Assembly (NCBI GenBank): GCA_964016885.1
Contig: OZ024741.1
Span: 5,890,001 to 5,954,000 of the forward strand
Direction of reading: 5' to 3'
Source: Eledone cirrhosa
Lineage: Eukaryota
Length of the DNA stretch: 64,000 bases
The notes beneath the pieces are model-generated. The model was not told where the DNA came from, made no database searches, and saw only the letters and a list, made by a program, of their open reading frames with translations. The translations under genes were made by a program, and so were the position numbers. Positions 11,901 to 26,546 of this stretch are shown here, one piece after another; within the stretch, counting starts at the first letter, position 1, and the number at the start of each line of letters is the position of its first letter.

Positions 11901-14900
11901 TAATTATCTCACAGAATATCTCAGCTGTGAAGGTCTTACTAACATGTCACCCCTAACTCTAATTACCTCACAGAATATCTCAGATGTGAAGATCTTACTA
12001 ACATGTCACCCCTAACACTAATTACATCACAGAATATCTCAGCTGTGAAGGTCTTACTAACATGTCACCCCTAACAATAATTACCTCACAGAATATTTCA
12101 ACTGTGAAGGTCTTACTAACATGTCAGTCCTAACACTAATTACCTCACACAATATCTCAGCTGTGAAGGTCTTACTAACATGTCACCCCTAACACTAATT
12201 ACCTCACACAATATCTCAGCTGTGAATGTCTTACTAACATGTCACCCCTAACACTAATTACCTCACACAATATCTCAGCTGTGAAAGTCTTACTAACATG
12301 TCACCCCTAACAATAATTACCTCACAGAGTATCTCAGCTGTGAAGGTCTTACTAACATGTCACCCCTAACACTAATTACCTCACACAATATCTCAGCTGT
12401 GAAAGTCTTACTAACATGTCACCCCTAACAATAATTACCTCACAGAGTATCTCAGCTGTGAAGGTCTTACTAACATGTCACCCCTAACACTAATTACCTC
12501 ACACAATATCTCAGCTGTGAATGTCTTACTAACATGTCACCCCTAACACTAATTACCTCACACAATATCTCAGCTGTGAAAGTCTTACTAACATGTCACC
12601 CCTAACAATAATTACCTCACAGAGTATCTCAGCTGTGAAGGTCTTACTAACATGTCACCCCTAACACTAATTATCCCACAGAATATCTCAGAGGTGAAGG
12701 TCTTACTAACATGTCACCCCTAACACTAATTAACTCACACAATATCTCAGTGGTGAAGGTCTTACTAACATGTCACCCCTAACACTAATTATCTCACAGA
12801 ATATCTCAGAGGTGAAGGTCTTACTAACATGTCACCCCTAACACTAATTACCTCACACAATATCTCAGCTGTGAAGGTCTTACTAACATATCACCCCTAA
12901 CACTAATTATCTTACACAATATCTCAGTTGTGAAGGTCTTACTAACATGTCACCCCTAACACTAATTACCTCACAGAGTATCTCAGCTGTGAAGGTCTTA
13001 CTAACATGTCAGCCCTAACACTAATTACCTCACAGAATATCTCGGCTGTGAAGGTCTTACTAACATGTCACCCCTAACAATAATTACATCACAGAATATC
13101 TCAGCTGTGAAGGTCTTACTAACATGTCACCCCTAACACTAATTACATCACAGAATATCTCAGCTGTGAAGGTCTTACTAACATGTCACCCCTAACAATA
13201 ATTACCTCACAGAATATTTCAACTGTGAAGGTCTTACTAACATGTCAACCCTAACACTAATTAACTCACACAATATCTCAGCTGTGAAGGTCTTACTAAC
13301 ATGTCACCCCTAACACTAATTACCTCACACAATATCTCAGCTGTGAAGGTACTACTAACATGACCCCCTTAACAATTATTATCTCACAGAATATATCAGC
13401 AGTGAAGGTCTTACTAACATGTCACCCCTAACACTAATTATCTCACAGAGTGTCTCAGCTGTGAAGGTCTTGCTAACATGTCACCCCTAACACTAATTAC
13501 CTCACAGAATATCTTAGTTGTGAAGGTGTTACTAACCTGTCACCCCTAAAACTAATTACCTCACAGAATATCTCAGCTGTGAGGGTCTTACTAACATGTC
13601 ACCCCTAACACTAATTACCTCACAGAATATCTCAGATGTGAAGGTCTTACTAACATGTCACCCCTAACACTAATTATCTCACAGAATATCTCAGATGTGA
13701 ATGTCTTACTAACATGTCACCCGTAACACTAATTATATCACACAATATCTCAGATGTGAAGGTCTTACTAACATGTCACCCCCAAAACTAATTATCTCAC
13801 AGAATATCTCAGATGTGAAGGTCTTACTAACATGTCACCCCTAACACTAATTATCTCACAGAATATCTCAGCTGTGAAGGTCTTACTAACATGTCACCCC
13901 TAACACTAGTTATCTCACAGAATATCTCAGCTGTGAAGGTCTTACTAACATGTCTCCCCTAACTCTAATTACATCACAGAATATCTCAGCTGTGAAGGTC
14001 TTACTAACATGTCACCCCTAACACTAATTACATCACAGAATATCTCAGCTGTGAAGGTCTTACTAACATGTCACCCCTAACACTAATTACCTCACAGAAT
14101 ATCTCAGCTGTGAAGGTCTTACTAACATGTCACCCCTAACACTAATTACATCACAGAATATCTCAGCTGTGAATGTCTTACTAACATGTCACCCCTAACA
14201 ATAATTACCTCACAGATTATCTCAGCTGTGAAGGTCTTCCTAACATGTCAGCCCTAACACTAATTACATCACAGAATATCTCAGTGGTGAAGGTCTTACT
14301 AACATGTCACCCCTAACACTAATTATCTCACAGAATATCTCAGAGGTGAAGGTCTTACTAACATGTCACCCCTAACACTAATTACCTCACACAATATCTC
14401 AGTGGTGAAGGTCTTACTAACATGTCACCCCTAACACTAATTATCTCACAGAATATCTCAGAGGTGAAGGTCTTTCTAACATGTCACCCCTAACACTAAT
14501 TACCTCACACAATATCTCAGCTGTGAAGGTCTTACTAACATATCACCCCTAACACTAATTACCTCACAGAGTATCTCAGCTGTGAAGGTCTTACTAACAT
14601 GTCACCACTAACAATAATTACATCACAGAATATCTCAGCTGTGAAGGTCTTACTAACATGTCACCCCTAACAATAATTACATCACAGAATATCTCAGCTG
14701 TGAAGGTCTTACTAACATGTCACCCCTAACAATAATTACCTCACAGAATATTTCAACTGTGAAGGTCTTACTAACATGTCAACCCTAACACTAATTACCT
14801 CACACAATATCTCAGCTGTGAAGGTCTTACTAACATGTCACCCCTAACACTAATTACCTCACACAATATCTCAGCTGTGAAGGTACTACTAACATGACCC

Positions 14901-15199
14901 CCTTAACACTAATTATCTCACAGAATATCTCAGCTGTGAAGGTCTTACTAACATGTCACCCCTAACACTAATTATCTCACAGAGTATCTCAGATGTGAAT
15001 GTCTTACTAACATGTCACCCATAACACTAATTATCTCACAGAATATCTCAACTGTGAAGGTCTTACTAACATGTCACCCCTAACACTAATTATCTCACAG
15101 AATATCTCAGATGTGAATGTCTTACTAACATGTCACCCCTAACACTAATTATCTCACAGAATATCTCAGCTGTGAAGGTCTTACTAACATATCACCCCT

Positions 15200-16550
15200 A
15201 ACACTAATTATCTCACAGAATATCTCAGATGTGAAGGTCTTAATAACATGTCACCCCTAACACTAATTATCTCACACAATATCTCAGATGTGAAGGTCTT
15301 ACTAACATGTCACCCCTAACACTAATTACCTCACAGAATATCTCAGTTGTGAAGGTCTTACTAACATGTCACCCCTAACACTAATTACCTCACAGAATAT
15401 CTCAGATGTGAAGGTCTTTCTAACATGTCATCCCTAACACTAATTACCTCACAAAATATCTCAGCTGTGAAGGTCTTATTAACATGTCACCCCTAACACT
15501 AATTACCTCACAAAATATCTCAGTTGTGAAAGTCTTACTAACATGTCACCCCTAACACTAATTACATCACAGAATGTCTTAATTGTGAAGGTCTTACTAA
15601 CATGTCACCCCTAACACTAATTACATCACAGAATATCTCAATTGTGAAGGTCTTATTAACATGTCACCCCTAACACTAATTACCTCACACAATATCTCAG
15701 CTGTGAAGGTCTAATTAACATGTCACCCCTAACACTAATTACCTCGCAGAATATCTCAACTGTGAAGGTCTTACTAACATGTCACCCCTAACACTAATTA
15801 TCTCACAGAATATCTCAGATGTGAAGGTCTTACTAACATGTCACCCCTAACACTAATTATCTCACAGAATATCTCAGCTGTGAAGGTCTTACTAACATGT
15901 CACCCCTAACACTAATTATCTCACAGAATATCTCAGATGTGAAGGTCTTACTAACATGTCACCCCTAACACTAATTATCTCACAGAATATCTCAACTGTG
16001 AAGGTCTTACTAACATGTCACCCCTAACACTAATTATCTCACAGAATATCTCAGATGTGAATGTCTTACTAACATGTCACCCCTAACACTAATTATCTCA
16101 CAGAATATCTCAGCTGTGAAGGTCTTACTAACATGTCACCCCTAACACTAATTATCTCACAGAATATCTCAGATGTGAAGGTCTTACTAACATGTCACCC
16201 CTAACACTAATTATCTCACAGAATATCTCAGATGTGAAGGTCTTACTAACATGTCACCCCTAACACTAATTACCTCACAGAATATCTCAGATGTGAAGGT
16301 CTTACTAACATGTCACCCCTAACACTAATTATCTCACAGAATATCTCAGATGTGAAGGTCTTACTAACATGTCACCCCTAACACTAATTACCTCACAGAA
16401 TATCTCAGCTGTGAAGGTCTTACTAACATGTCACCCCTAACACTAATTATCTCACAGAATATCTCAGATGTGAAGGTCTTACTAACATGTCACACCTAAC
16501 ACTAATTATCTCACAGAATATCTCAGATGTGAAGGTCTTACTAACATGTC
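15200..16550 (+). repeat. Dispersed copy of block ~9420-10770 (about 23 monomers)
   Basis: GGTCTTTC at 9631 and 15413, and CTCGCAG at 9961 and 15743, share an offset of 5782 = 98x59. Boundaries are approximate. Confidence 0.85.
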
Positions 16551-16959
16551 ACCCCCAACACTAATTATCTCACAGAATATCTCAGATGTGAAGGTCTTAC
16601 TAACATGTCACCCCTAACACTAATTATCTCACAGAATATCTCAGCTGTGAAGGTCTTACTAACATGTCACCCCTAACACTAATTATCTCACAGAATATCT
16701 CAGCTGTGAAGGTCTTACTAACATGTCACCCCTAACACTAATTACCTCACACAATATCTCAGCTGTGAAAGTCTTACTAACATGTCACCCCTAACACTAA
16801 TTACCTCACACAATATCTCAGCTGTGAAAGTCTTACTAACATGTCACCCCTAACAATAATTACCTCACAGAGTATCTCAGCTGTGAAGGTCTTACTAACA
16901 TGTCAGCCCTAACACTAATTACATCACAGAATATCTCAGTGGTGAAGGTCTTACTAACA

Positions 16960-18190
16960 TGTCACCCCTAACACTAATTATCTCACAGAATATCTCAGAT
17001 GTGAATGTCTTACTAACATGTCACCCGTAACACTAATTATATCACACAATATCTCAGATGTGAAGGTCTTACTAACATGTCACCCCCAAAACTAATTATC
17101 TCACAGAATATCTCAGATGTGAAGGTCTTACTAACATGTCACCCCTAACACTAATTATCTCACAGAATATCTCAGCTGTGAAGGTCTTACTAACATGTCA
17201 CCCCTAACACTAGTTATCTCACAGAATATCTCAGCTGTGAAGGTCTTACTAACATGTCTCCCCTAACTCTAATTACATCACAGAATATCTCAGCTGTGAA
17301 GGTCTTACTAACATGTCACCCCTAACACTAATTACATCACAGAATATCTCAGCTGTGAAGGTCTTACTAACATGTCACCCCTAACACTAATTACCTCACA
17401 GAATATCTCAGCTGTGAAGGTCTTACTAACATGTCACCCCTAACACTAATTACCTCACACAATATCTCAGCTGTGAAGGTCTTACTAACATATCACCCCT
17501 AACACTAATTACCTCACAGAGTATCTCAGCTGTGAAGGTCTTACTAACATGTCACCACTAACAATAATTACATCACAGAATATCTCAGCTGTGAAGGTCT
17601 TACTAACATGTCACCCCTAACAATAATTACATCACAGAATATCTCAGCTGTGAAGGTCTTACTAACATGTCACCCCTAACAATAATTACCTCACAGAATA
17701 TTTCAACTGTGAAGGTCTTACTAACATGTCAACCCTAACACTAATTACCTCACACAATATCTCAGCTGTGAAGGTCTTACTAACATGTCACCCCTAACAC
17801 TAATTACCTCACACAATATCTCAGCTGTGAAGGTACTACTAACATGACCCCCTTAACACTAATTATCTCACAGAATATCTCAGCTGTGAAGGTCTTACTA
17901 ACATGTCACCCCTAACACTAATTATCTCACAGAGTATCCCAGATGTGAATGTCTTACTAACATGTCACCCATAACACTAATTATCTCACAGAATATCTCA
18001 ACTGTGAAGGTCTTACTAACATGTCACCCCTAACACTAATTATCTCACAGAATATCTCAGATGTGAATGTCTTACTAACATGTCACCCCTAACACTAATT
18101 ATCTCACAGAATATCTCAGCTGTGAAGGTCTTACTAACATATCACCCCTAACACTAATTATCTCACAGAATATCTCAGATGTGAAGGTCT
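16960..18190 (+). repeat. Dispersed copy of block ~13660-15240 differing by 6 monomers internally
   Basis: CCGTAACACTAATTATATCA at 13721 and 17025 (offset 3304 = 56x59). GTCACCACTA at 14601 and 17551 (offset 2950 = 50x59). Confidence 0.8.
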
Positions 18191-21100
18191 TACTAACATG
18201 ACACCCCTAACACTAATTATCTCACAGAATATCTCAGATGTGAAGGTCATACTAACATGTCACCCCTAACACTAATTACCTCACAGAATATCTCAGATGT
18301 GAAGGTCTTACTAACATGTCACCCTTAACACTAATTATCTCACAGAATATCTCAGATGTGAAGGTCTTACTAACATGTCACCCCTAACACTAATTACCTC
18401 ACAGAATATCTCAGCTGTGAAGGTCTTACTAACATGTCACCCCTAACACTAATTATCTCACAGAATATCTCAGATGTGAAGGTCTTACTAACATGTCACA
18501 CCTAACACTAATTATCGCACAGAATATCTCAGATGTGAAGGTCTTACTAACATTTCACCCCTAACACTAATTATCTCACAGAATATCTCAGATGTGAAGG
18601 TCTTACTAACATGTCACACCTAACACTAATTACCTCACAGAATATCTCAGCTGTGAAGGTCTTACTAACATGTCACCCCTAACACGAATTACCTCACACA
18701 ATATCTCAACTGTGAAGGTCTTACTAACATGTCACCCCTAACACTAATTACCTCACAGAATATTTCAGCTGTGAAGGTCTTACTAACATATCATCCCTAA
18801 CACTAATTACCTCACAGAATATCTCAGCTGTGAAGGTCTTACTAACATGTCACCCCTAACTCTAATTACCTCAGAGAATATCACAGCTGTGAAGGTCTTA
18901 CTAACATGTCACCCCTAACACTAATTATCTCACACAATATCTCAGTTGTGAAGGTCTTACTAACATGTCACCCCTAACACTAATTACATCACAGAATATC
19001 TCAGCTGTGAAGGTCTAATTAACATGTCACCCCTAACACTAATTACCTCACACAATATCTCAGATGTGAAGGTCTTACTAACATGTCACCCCTAACACTA
19101 ATTACCTCACAGAATATCTCAACTGTGAAGGTCTTACTAACATGTCACCCCTAACACTAATTACCTCACAGAGTATCTTAGATGTGAAGGTCTTACTAAC
19201 ATGTCACCCCTAACACTAATTACCTCACAGAATATCTCAGATGTGAAGGTCTAATTAACATGTCACCCCTAACACTAATTACCTCACAGAGTATCTTAGA
19301 TGTGAAGGTCTTACTAACATGTCACCCCTAACACTAATTACCTCACAGAATATCTCAGATGTGAAGGTCTTACTAACATGTCACCCCTAACACTAATTAC
19401 CTCACAGAATATCTCAACTGTGAAGGTCTTACTAACATGTCACCCCTAACACTAATTATCTCACAGAATATCTCAGAGGTGAAGGTCTTTCTAACATGTC
19501 ACCCCTAACACTAATTACCTCACACAATATCTCAGCTGCGAAGGTCTTACTAACATATCACCCCTAACACTAATTACCTCACAGAGTATCTCAGCTGTGA
19601 AGGTCTTACTAACATGTCACCCCTAACAATAATTACATCACAGAATATCTCAGTGGTGAAGGTCTTACTAACATGTCACCCCTAACACTAATTATCTCAC
19701 AGAATATCTCAGCTGTGAAGGTCTTACTAACATGTCACCCCTAACACTAATTACCTCACACAATATCTCAGTGGTGAAGGTCTTACTAACATGTCACCCC
19801 TAACACTAATTATCTCACAGAATATCTCAGAGGTGAAGGTCTTTCTAACATGTCACCCCTAACACTAATTACCTCACACAATATCTCAGCTGTGAAGGTC
19901 TTACTAACATATCACCCCTAACACTAATTACCTCACAGAATATCTCAGATGTGAAGGTCTTACTAACATGTCACCCCTAACACTAATTACCTCACAGAAT
20001 ATCTCAACTGTGAAGGTCTTACTAACATGTCACCCCTAACACTAATTATCTCACAGAATATCTCAGCTGTGAAGGTCTTACTAACATGTCACCCCTAACA
20101 CTAATTACCTCACAGAATATCTCAGATGTGAAGGTCTTACTAACATGTCACCCCTAACACTAATTACCTCACAGAATATCTCAGCTGTGAAGGTCTTACT
20201 AACATGTCACCCCTAACAATAATTACATCACAGAATATCTCAGCTGTGAAGGTCTTAATAACATGTCACCCCTAACACTAATTACATCACAGAATATCTC
20301 AGCTGTGAAGGTCTTACTAACATGTCACCCCTAACAATAATTACCTCACAGAATATTTCAACTGTGAAGGTCTTACTAACATGTCAACCCTAACACTAAT
20401 TACCTCACACAATATCTCAGCTGTGAAGGTCTTACTAACATGTCACCCCTAACACTAATTACCTCACACAATATCTCAGATGTGAAGGTCTTACTAACAT
20501 GTCACCCCTAACACTAATTACCTCACAGAATATCTCAACTGTGAAGGTCTTACTAACATGTCACCCCTAACACTAATTACCTCACAGAGTATCTTAGATG
20601 TGAAGGTCTTACTAACATGTCACCCCTAACACTAATTACCTCACAGAATATCTCAGATGTGAAGGTCTAATTAACATGTCACCCCTAACACTAATTACCT
20701 CACAGAGTATCTTAGATGTGAAGGTCTTACTAACATGTCACCCCTAACACTAATTACCTAACAGAATATCTCAGCTGTGAAGGTCTTACTAACATGTCAC
20801 CCCTAACACTAATTATCTCACACAATATCTCTGATGTGAAGGTCTTACTAACATGTCACCCCCAACACTAATTATCTCACAGAATATCTCAGATGTGAAG
20901 GTCTTACTAACATGTCACCCCTAACACTAATTATCTCACAGAATATCTCAGCTGTGAAGGTCTTACTAACATGTCACCCCTAACACTAATTATCTCACAG
21001 AATATCTCAGCTGTGAAAGTCTTACTAACATGTCACCCCTAACTCTAATTACCTCACAGAATATCTCAGATGTGAAGGTCTTACTAACATGTCACCCCTA

Positions 21101-21660
21101 ACACTAATTACATCACAGAATATCTCAGCTGTGAAGGTCTTACTAACATGTCACCTCTAACAATAATTACCTCACAGAGTATCTCAACTGTGAAGGTCTT
21201 ACTAACATGTCACCCCTAACACTAATTATCTCACAGAATATCTCAGATGTGAAGGTCTTACTAACATGTCACCCCTAACACTAATTATCTCACAGAATAT
21301 CTCAACTGTGAAGGTCTTACTAACATGTCAGCCCTAACACTAATTACCTCACACAATATCTCAGCTGTGAAGGTCTTACTAACATGTCACCCCTAACACT
21401 AATTACCTCACAGAATATCTCAGCTGTGAAGGTCTTACTAACATGTCACCCCTAACACTAATTACCTCACAGAATATCTCAGCTGTGAAGGTCTTACTAA
21501 CATGTCACCCCTAACACTAATTACATCACAGAATATCTCAGCTGTGAATGTCTTACTAACATGTCACCCCTAACACTAATTACCTCACACAATATCTCAG
21601 CTGTGAAGGTCTTACTAACATGTCACCCCTAACACTAATTACCTCACAGAATATCTCAGC

Positions 21661-24600
21661 TGTGAAGGTCTTACTAACATGTCACCCCTAACACTAATTA
21701 CCTCACACAATATCTCAGCTGTGAAGGTCTTACTAACATGTCACCCCTAACACTAATTACATCACAGAATATCTCAGCTGTGAATGTATTACTAACATGT
21801 CACCCCTAACACTAATTACCTCACACAATATCTCAGCTGTGAAGGTCTTACTAACATGTCACCCCTAACACTAATTACCTCACAGAATATCTCAGCTGTG
21901 AAGGTCTTACTAACATGTCACCCCTAACACTAATTACCTCACACAATATCTCAGCTGTGAAGGTCTTACTAACATGTCACCCCTAACACTAATTACCTCA
22001 CAGAATATCTCAGCTGTGAAGGTCTTACTAACATGTCACCCCTAACACTAATTACATCACAGAATATCTCAGCTGTGAATGTCTTACTAACATGTCACCC
22101 CTAACACTAATTACCTCACACAGTATCTCAGCTGTGAAGGTCTTACTAACATGTCACCCCTAACACTAATTACCTCACACAATATCTCAGCTGTGAAGGT
22201 CTTACTAACATGTCACCCCTAACACTAATTACCTCACAGAATATCTCAGCTGTGAAGGTCTTACTAACATGTCACCCCTAACACTAATTACATCACAGAA
22301 TATCTCAGCTGTGAATGTCTTACTAACATGTCACCCCTAACACTAATTACCTCACACAGTATCTCAGCTGTGAAGGTCTTACTAACATGTCACCCCTAAC
22401 ACTAATTACCTCACAGAATATCTCAGTGGTGAAGGTCTTACTAACATGTCACCCCTAACATTAATTACCTCACACAATATCTCAGTGGTGAAGGTCTTAC
22501 TAACATGTCACCCCTAACACTAATTATCTCATAGTATATCTCAGCTGTGAAGGTCTTACTAACATGTCACCCCTAACACTAATTATCTCACAGAATATCT
22601 CTGATGTGAATGTCTTACTAACATGTCACCCCTAAAACTAATTATCTCACACAATATCTCAGATGTGAAGGTCTTACTAACATGTCACCCCCAACACTAA
22701 TTACCTCACAGAATATCTCAGATGTGAAGGTCTTACTAACATGTCACCCCTGACACTAATTACCTCACAGAATATCTCAGCTGTGAAGGTCTTACTAACA
22801 TGTCAGCCCTAACACTAATTACCTCACAGAATATCTCAGCTGTGAAGGTCTTACTAACATATCACCCCTAACACTAATTACATCACAGAATATCTCAGTT
22901 GTGAAGGTCTTACTAACATGTCAGCCCTAACACTAATTACATCACAGAATATCTCAGCTGTGAAGGTCTTACTAACATGTCACCCCTAACAATAATTACC
23001 TCACACAATATCTCAGCTGTGAAAGTCTTACTAACATATCACCCCTAACACTAATTATCTCACAGAATATCTCAGCTGTGAAGGTCTTACTAACATGTCA
23101 GCCCTAACACTAATTACATCACAGAATATCTCAGCTGTGAAGGTCTTACTAACATGTCACCCCTAACACTAATTATCTCACAGAATATCTCAGCTGTGAA
23201 GGTCTTACTAACATGTCACCCCTAACACTAATTACCTCACACAATATCTCAGCTGTGAAGGTCTTACTAACATGACCCCCTTAACACTAATTATCTCACA
23301 GAATATCTCAGCTGTGAAGGTCTTGCTAACATGTCACCCCTAACACTAATTACCTCACAGAATATCTCAACTCTGAAGGTCTTACTAACATGTCACCCCT
23401 AACACTAATTACCTCACAGAATATCTCAGTTGTGAAGGTGTTACTAACCTGTCACCCCTGAAACTAATTACCTCACAGAATATCTCAGCTGTGACGGTCT
23501 TACTAACATGTCACCCCTAACACTAATTATCTCACAGAATATCTCAGTTGTGAAGGTGTTACTAACCTGTCACCCCTAAAACTAATTACCTCACAGAATA
23601 TCTCAGCTGTGAGGGTCTTACTAACATGTCACCCCTAACTTTAATTGCCTTACAGAATATCTCAGCTGTGAAGGTCTTACTAACATGTCACCCCTAACAC
23701 TAATTATCTCACAGAGTATCTCAGCTGTGAAGGTCTTACTAACATGTCACCCCTAACACTAATTACCTCACACAATATCTCAGTTGTGAATGTCTTACTA
23801 ACATGTCACCCCTAACACAAATTACCTCACACAATATCTCAGTTGTGAATGTCTTACTAACATGTCACCCCTAACACTAATTACCTCACACAATACCTCA
23901 GTTGTGAATGTCTTACTAACATGTCACCCCTAACACAAATTACCTCACACAATATCTCAGTTGTGAATGTCTTACTAACATGTCACCCCTAACACAAATT
24001 ACCTCACGCAATATCTCAGTTGTGAAGGTCTTACTAACATGTCACCCCTAACACTAATTACCTCACACAATATCTCAGCTGTGAAGGTCTTACTAACATG
24101 TCACCCCTAACACTAATTACATCACAGAATATCTCAGCTGTGAATGTATTACTAACATGTCACCCCTAACACTAATTACCTCACACAATATCTCAGCTGT
24201 GAAGGTCTTACTAACATGTCACCCCTAACACTAATTACCTCACAGAATATCTCAGCTGTGAAGGTCTTACTAACATGTCACCCCTAACACTAATTACCTC
24301 ACACAATATCTCAGCTGTGAAGGTCTTACTAACATGTCACCCCTAACACTAATTACCTCACAGAATATCTCAGCTGTGAAGGTCTTACTAACATGTCACC
24401 CCTAACACTAATTACATCACAGAATATCTCAGCTGTGAATGTCTTACTAACATGTCACCCCTAACACTAATTACCTCACACAGTATCTCAGCTGTGAAGG
24501 TCTTACTAACATGTCACCCCTAACACTAATTACCTCACACAATATCTCAGCTGTGAAGGTCTTACTAACATGTCACCCCTAACACTAATTACCTCACAGA

Positions 24601-26427
24601 ATATCTCAGCTGTGAAGGTCTTACTAACATGTCACCCCTAACACTAATTACATCACAGAATATCTCAGCTGTGAATGTCTTACTAACATGTCACCCCTAA
24701 CACTAATTACCTCACACAGTATCTCAGCTGTGAAGGTCTTACTAACATGTCACCCCTAACACTGATTACCTCACAGAATATCTCAGTGGTGAAGGTCTTA
24801 CTAACATGTCACCCCTAACATTAATTACCTCACACAATATCTCAGTGGTGAAGGTCTTACTAACATGTCACCCCTAACACTAATTATCTCATAGTATATC
24901 TCAGCTGTGAAGGTCTTACTAACATGTCACCCCTAACACTAATTATCTCACAGAATATCTCTGATGTGAATGTCTTACTAACATGTCACCCCTAAAACTA
25001 ATTATCTCACACAATATCTCAGATGTGAAGGTCTTACTAACATGTCACCCCCAACACTAATTACCTCACAGAATATCTCAGATGTGAAGGTCTTACTAAC
25101 ATGTCACCCCTGACACTAATTACCTCACAGAATATCTCAGCTGTGAAGGTCTTACTAACATGTCAGCCCTAACACTAATTACCTCACAGAATATCTCAGC
25201 TGTGAAGGTCTTACTAACATATCACCCCTAACACTAATTACATCACAGAATATCTCAGTTGTGAAGGTCTTACTAACATGTCAGCCCTAACACTAATTAC
25301 ATCACAGAATATCTCAGCTGTGAAGGTCTTACTAACATGTCACCCCTAACAATAATTACCTCACACAATATCTCAGCTGTGAAAGTCTTACTAACATATC
25401 ACCCCTAACACTAATTATCTCACAGAATATCTCAGCTGTGAAGGTCTTACTAACATGTCAGCCCTAACACTAATTACATCACAGAATATCTCAGCTGTGA
25501 AGGTCTTACTAACATGTCACCCCTAACACTAATTATCTCACAGAATATCTCAGCTGTGAAGGTCTTACTAACATGTCACCCCTAACACTAATTACCTCAC
25601 ACAATATCTCAGCTGTGAAGGTCTTACTAACATGACCCCCTTAACACTAATTATCTCACAGAATATCTCAGCTGTGAAGGTCTTGCTAACATGTCACCCC
25701 TAACACTAATTACCTCACAGAATATCTCAACTCTGAAGGTCTTACTAACATGTCACCCCTAACACTAATTACCTCACAGAATATCTCAGTTGTGAAGGTG
25801 TTACTAACCTGTCACCCCTGAAACTAATTACCTCACAGAATATCTCAGCTGTGACGGTCTTACTAACATGTCACCCCTAACACTAATTATCTCACAGAAT
25901 ATCTCAGTTGTGAAGGTGTTACTAACCTGTCACCCCTAAAACTAATTACCTCACAGAATATCTCAGCTGTGAGGGTCTTACTAACATGTCACCCCTAACT
26001 TTAATTGCCTTACAGAATATCTCAGCTGTGAAGGTCTTACTAACATGTCACCCCTAACACTAATTATCTCACAGAGTATCTCAGCTGTGAAGGTCTTACT
26101 AACATGTCACCCCTAACACTAATTACCTCACACAATATCTCAGTTGTGAATGTCTTACTAACATGTCACCCCTAACACAAATTACCTCACACAATATCTC
26201 AGTTGTGAATGTCTTACTAACATGTCACCCCTAACACTAATTACCTCACACAATACCTCAGTTGTGAATGTCTTACTAACATGTCACCCCTAACACAAAT
26301 TACCTCACACAATATCTCAGTTGTGAATGTCTTACTAACATGTCACCCCTAACACAAATTACCTCACGCAATATCTCAGTTGTGAAGGTCTTACTAACAT
26401 GTCACCCCTAACACTAATTACCTCACA
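21661..26427 (+). repeat. Near-perfect tandem duplication of a 40-monomer (2360-bp) unit
   Basis: TGAATGTATT at 21781/24141, ATAGTATATC at 22531/24891, AACCTGTCACCCCTGAAA at 23446/25806 and ACCTCACGCA at 24001/26361 all have offset 2360 = 40x59. One difference was spotted (22404 A vs 24764 G). Confidence 0.93.
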
Positions 26428-26546
26428 GAATATCTCAGCTGGGAAGGTCTTACTAACATGTCACCCCTAACATTAATTACCTCAAGGAATATCTCAGCTG
26501 TGAGGGTCTTACTAACATGTCACCCCTAACATTAATTATCTCATAC

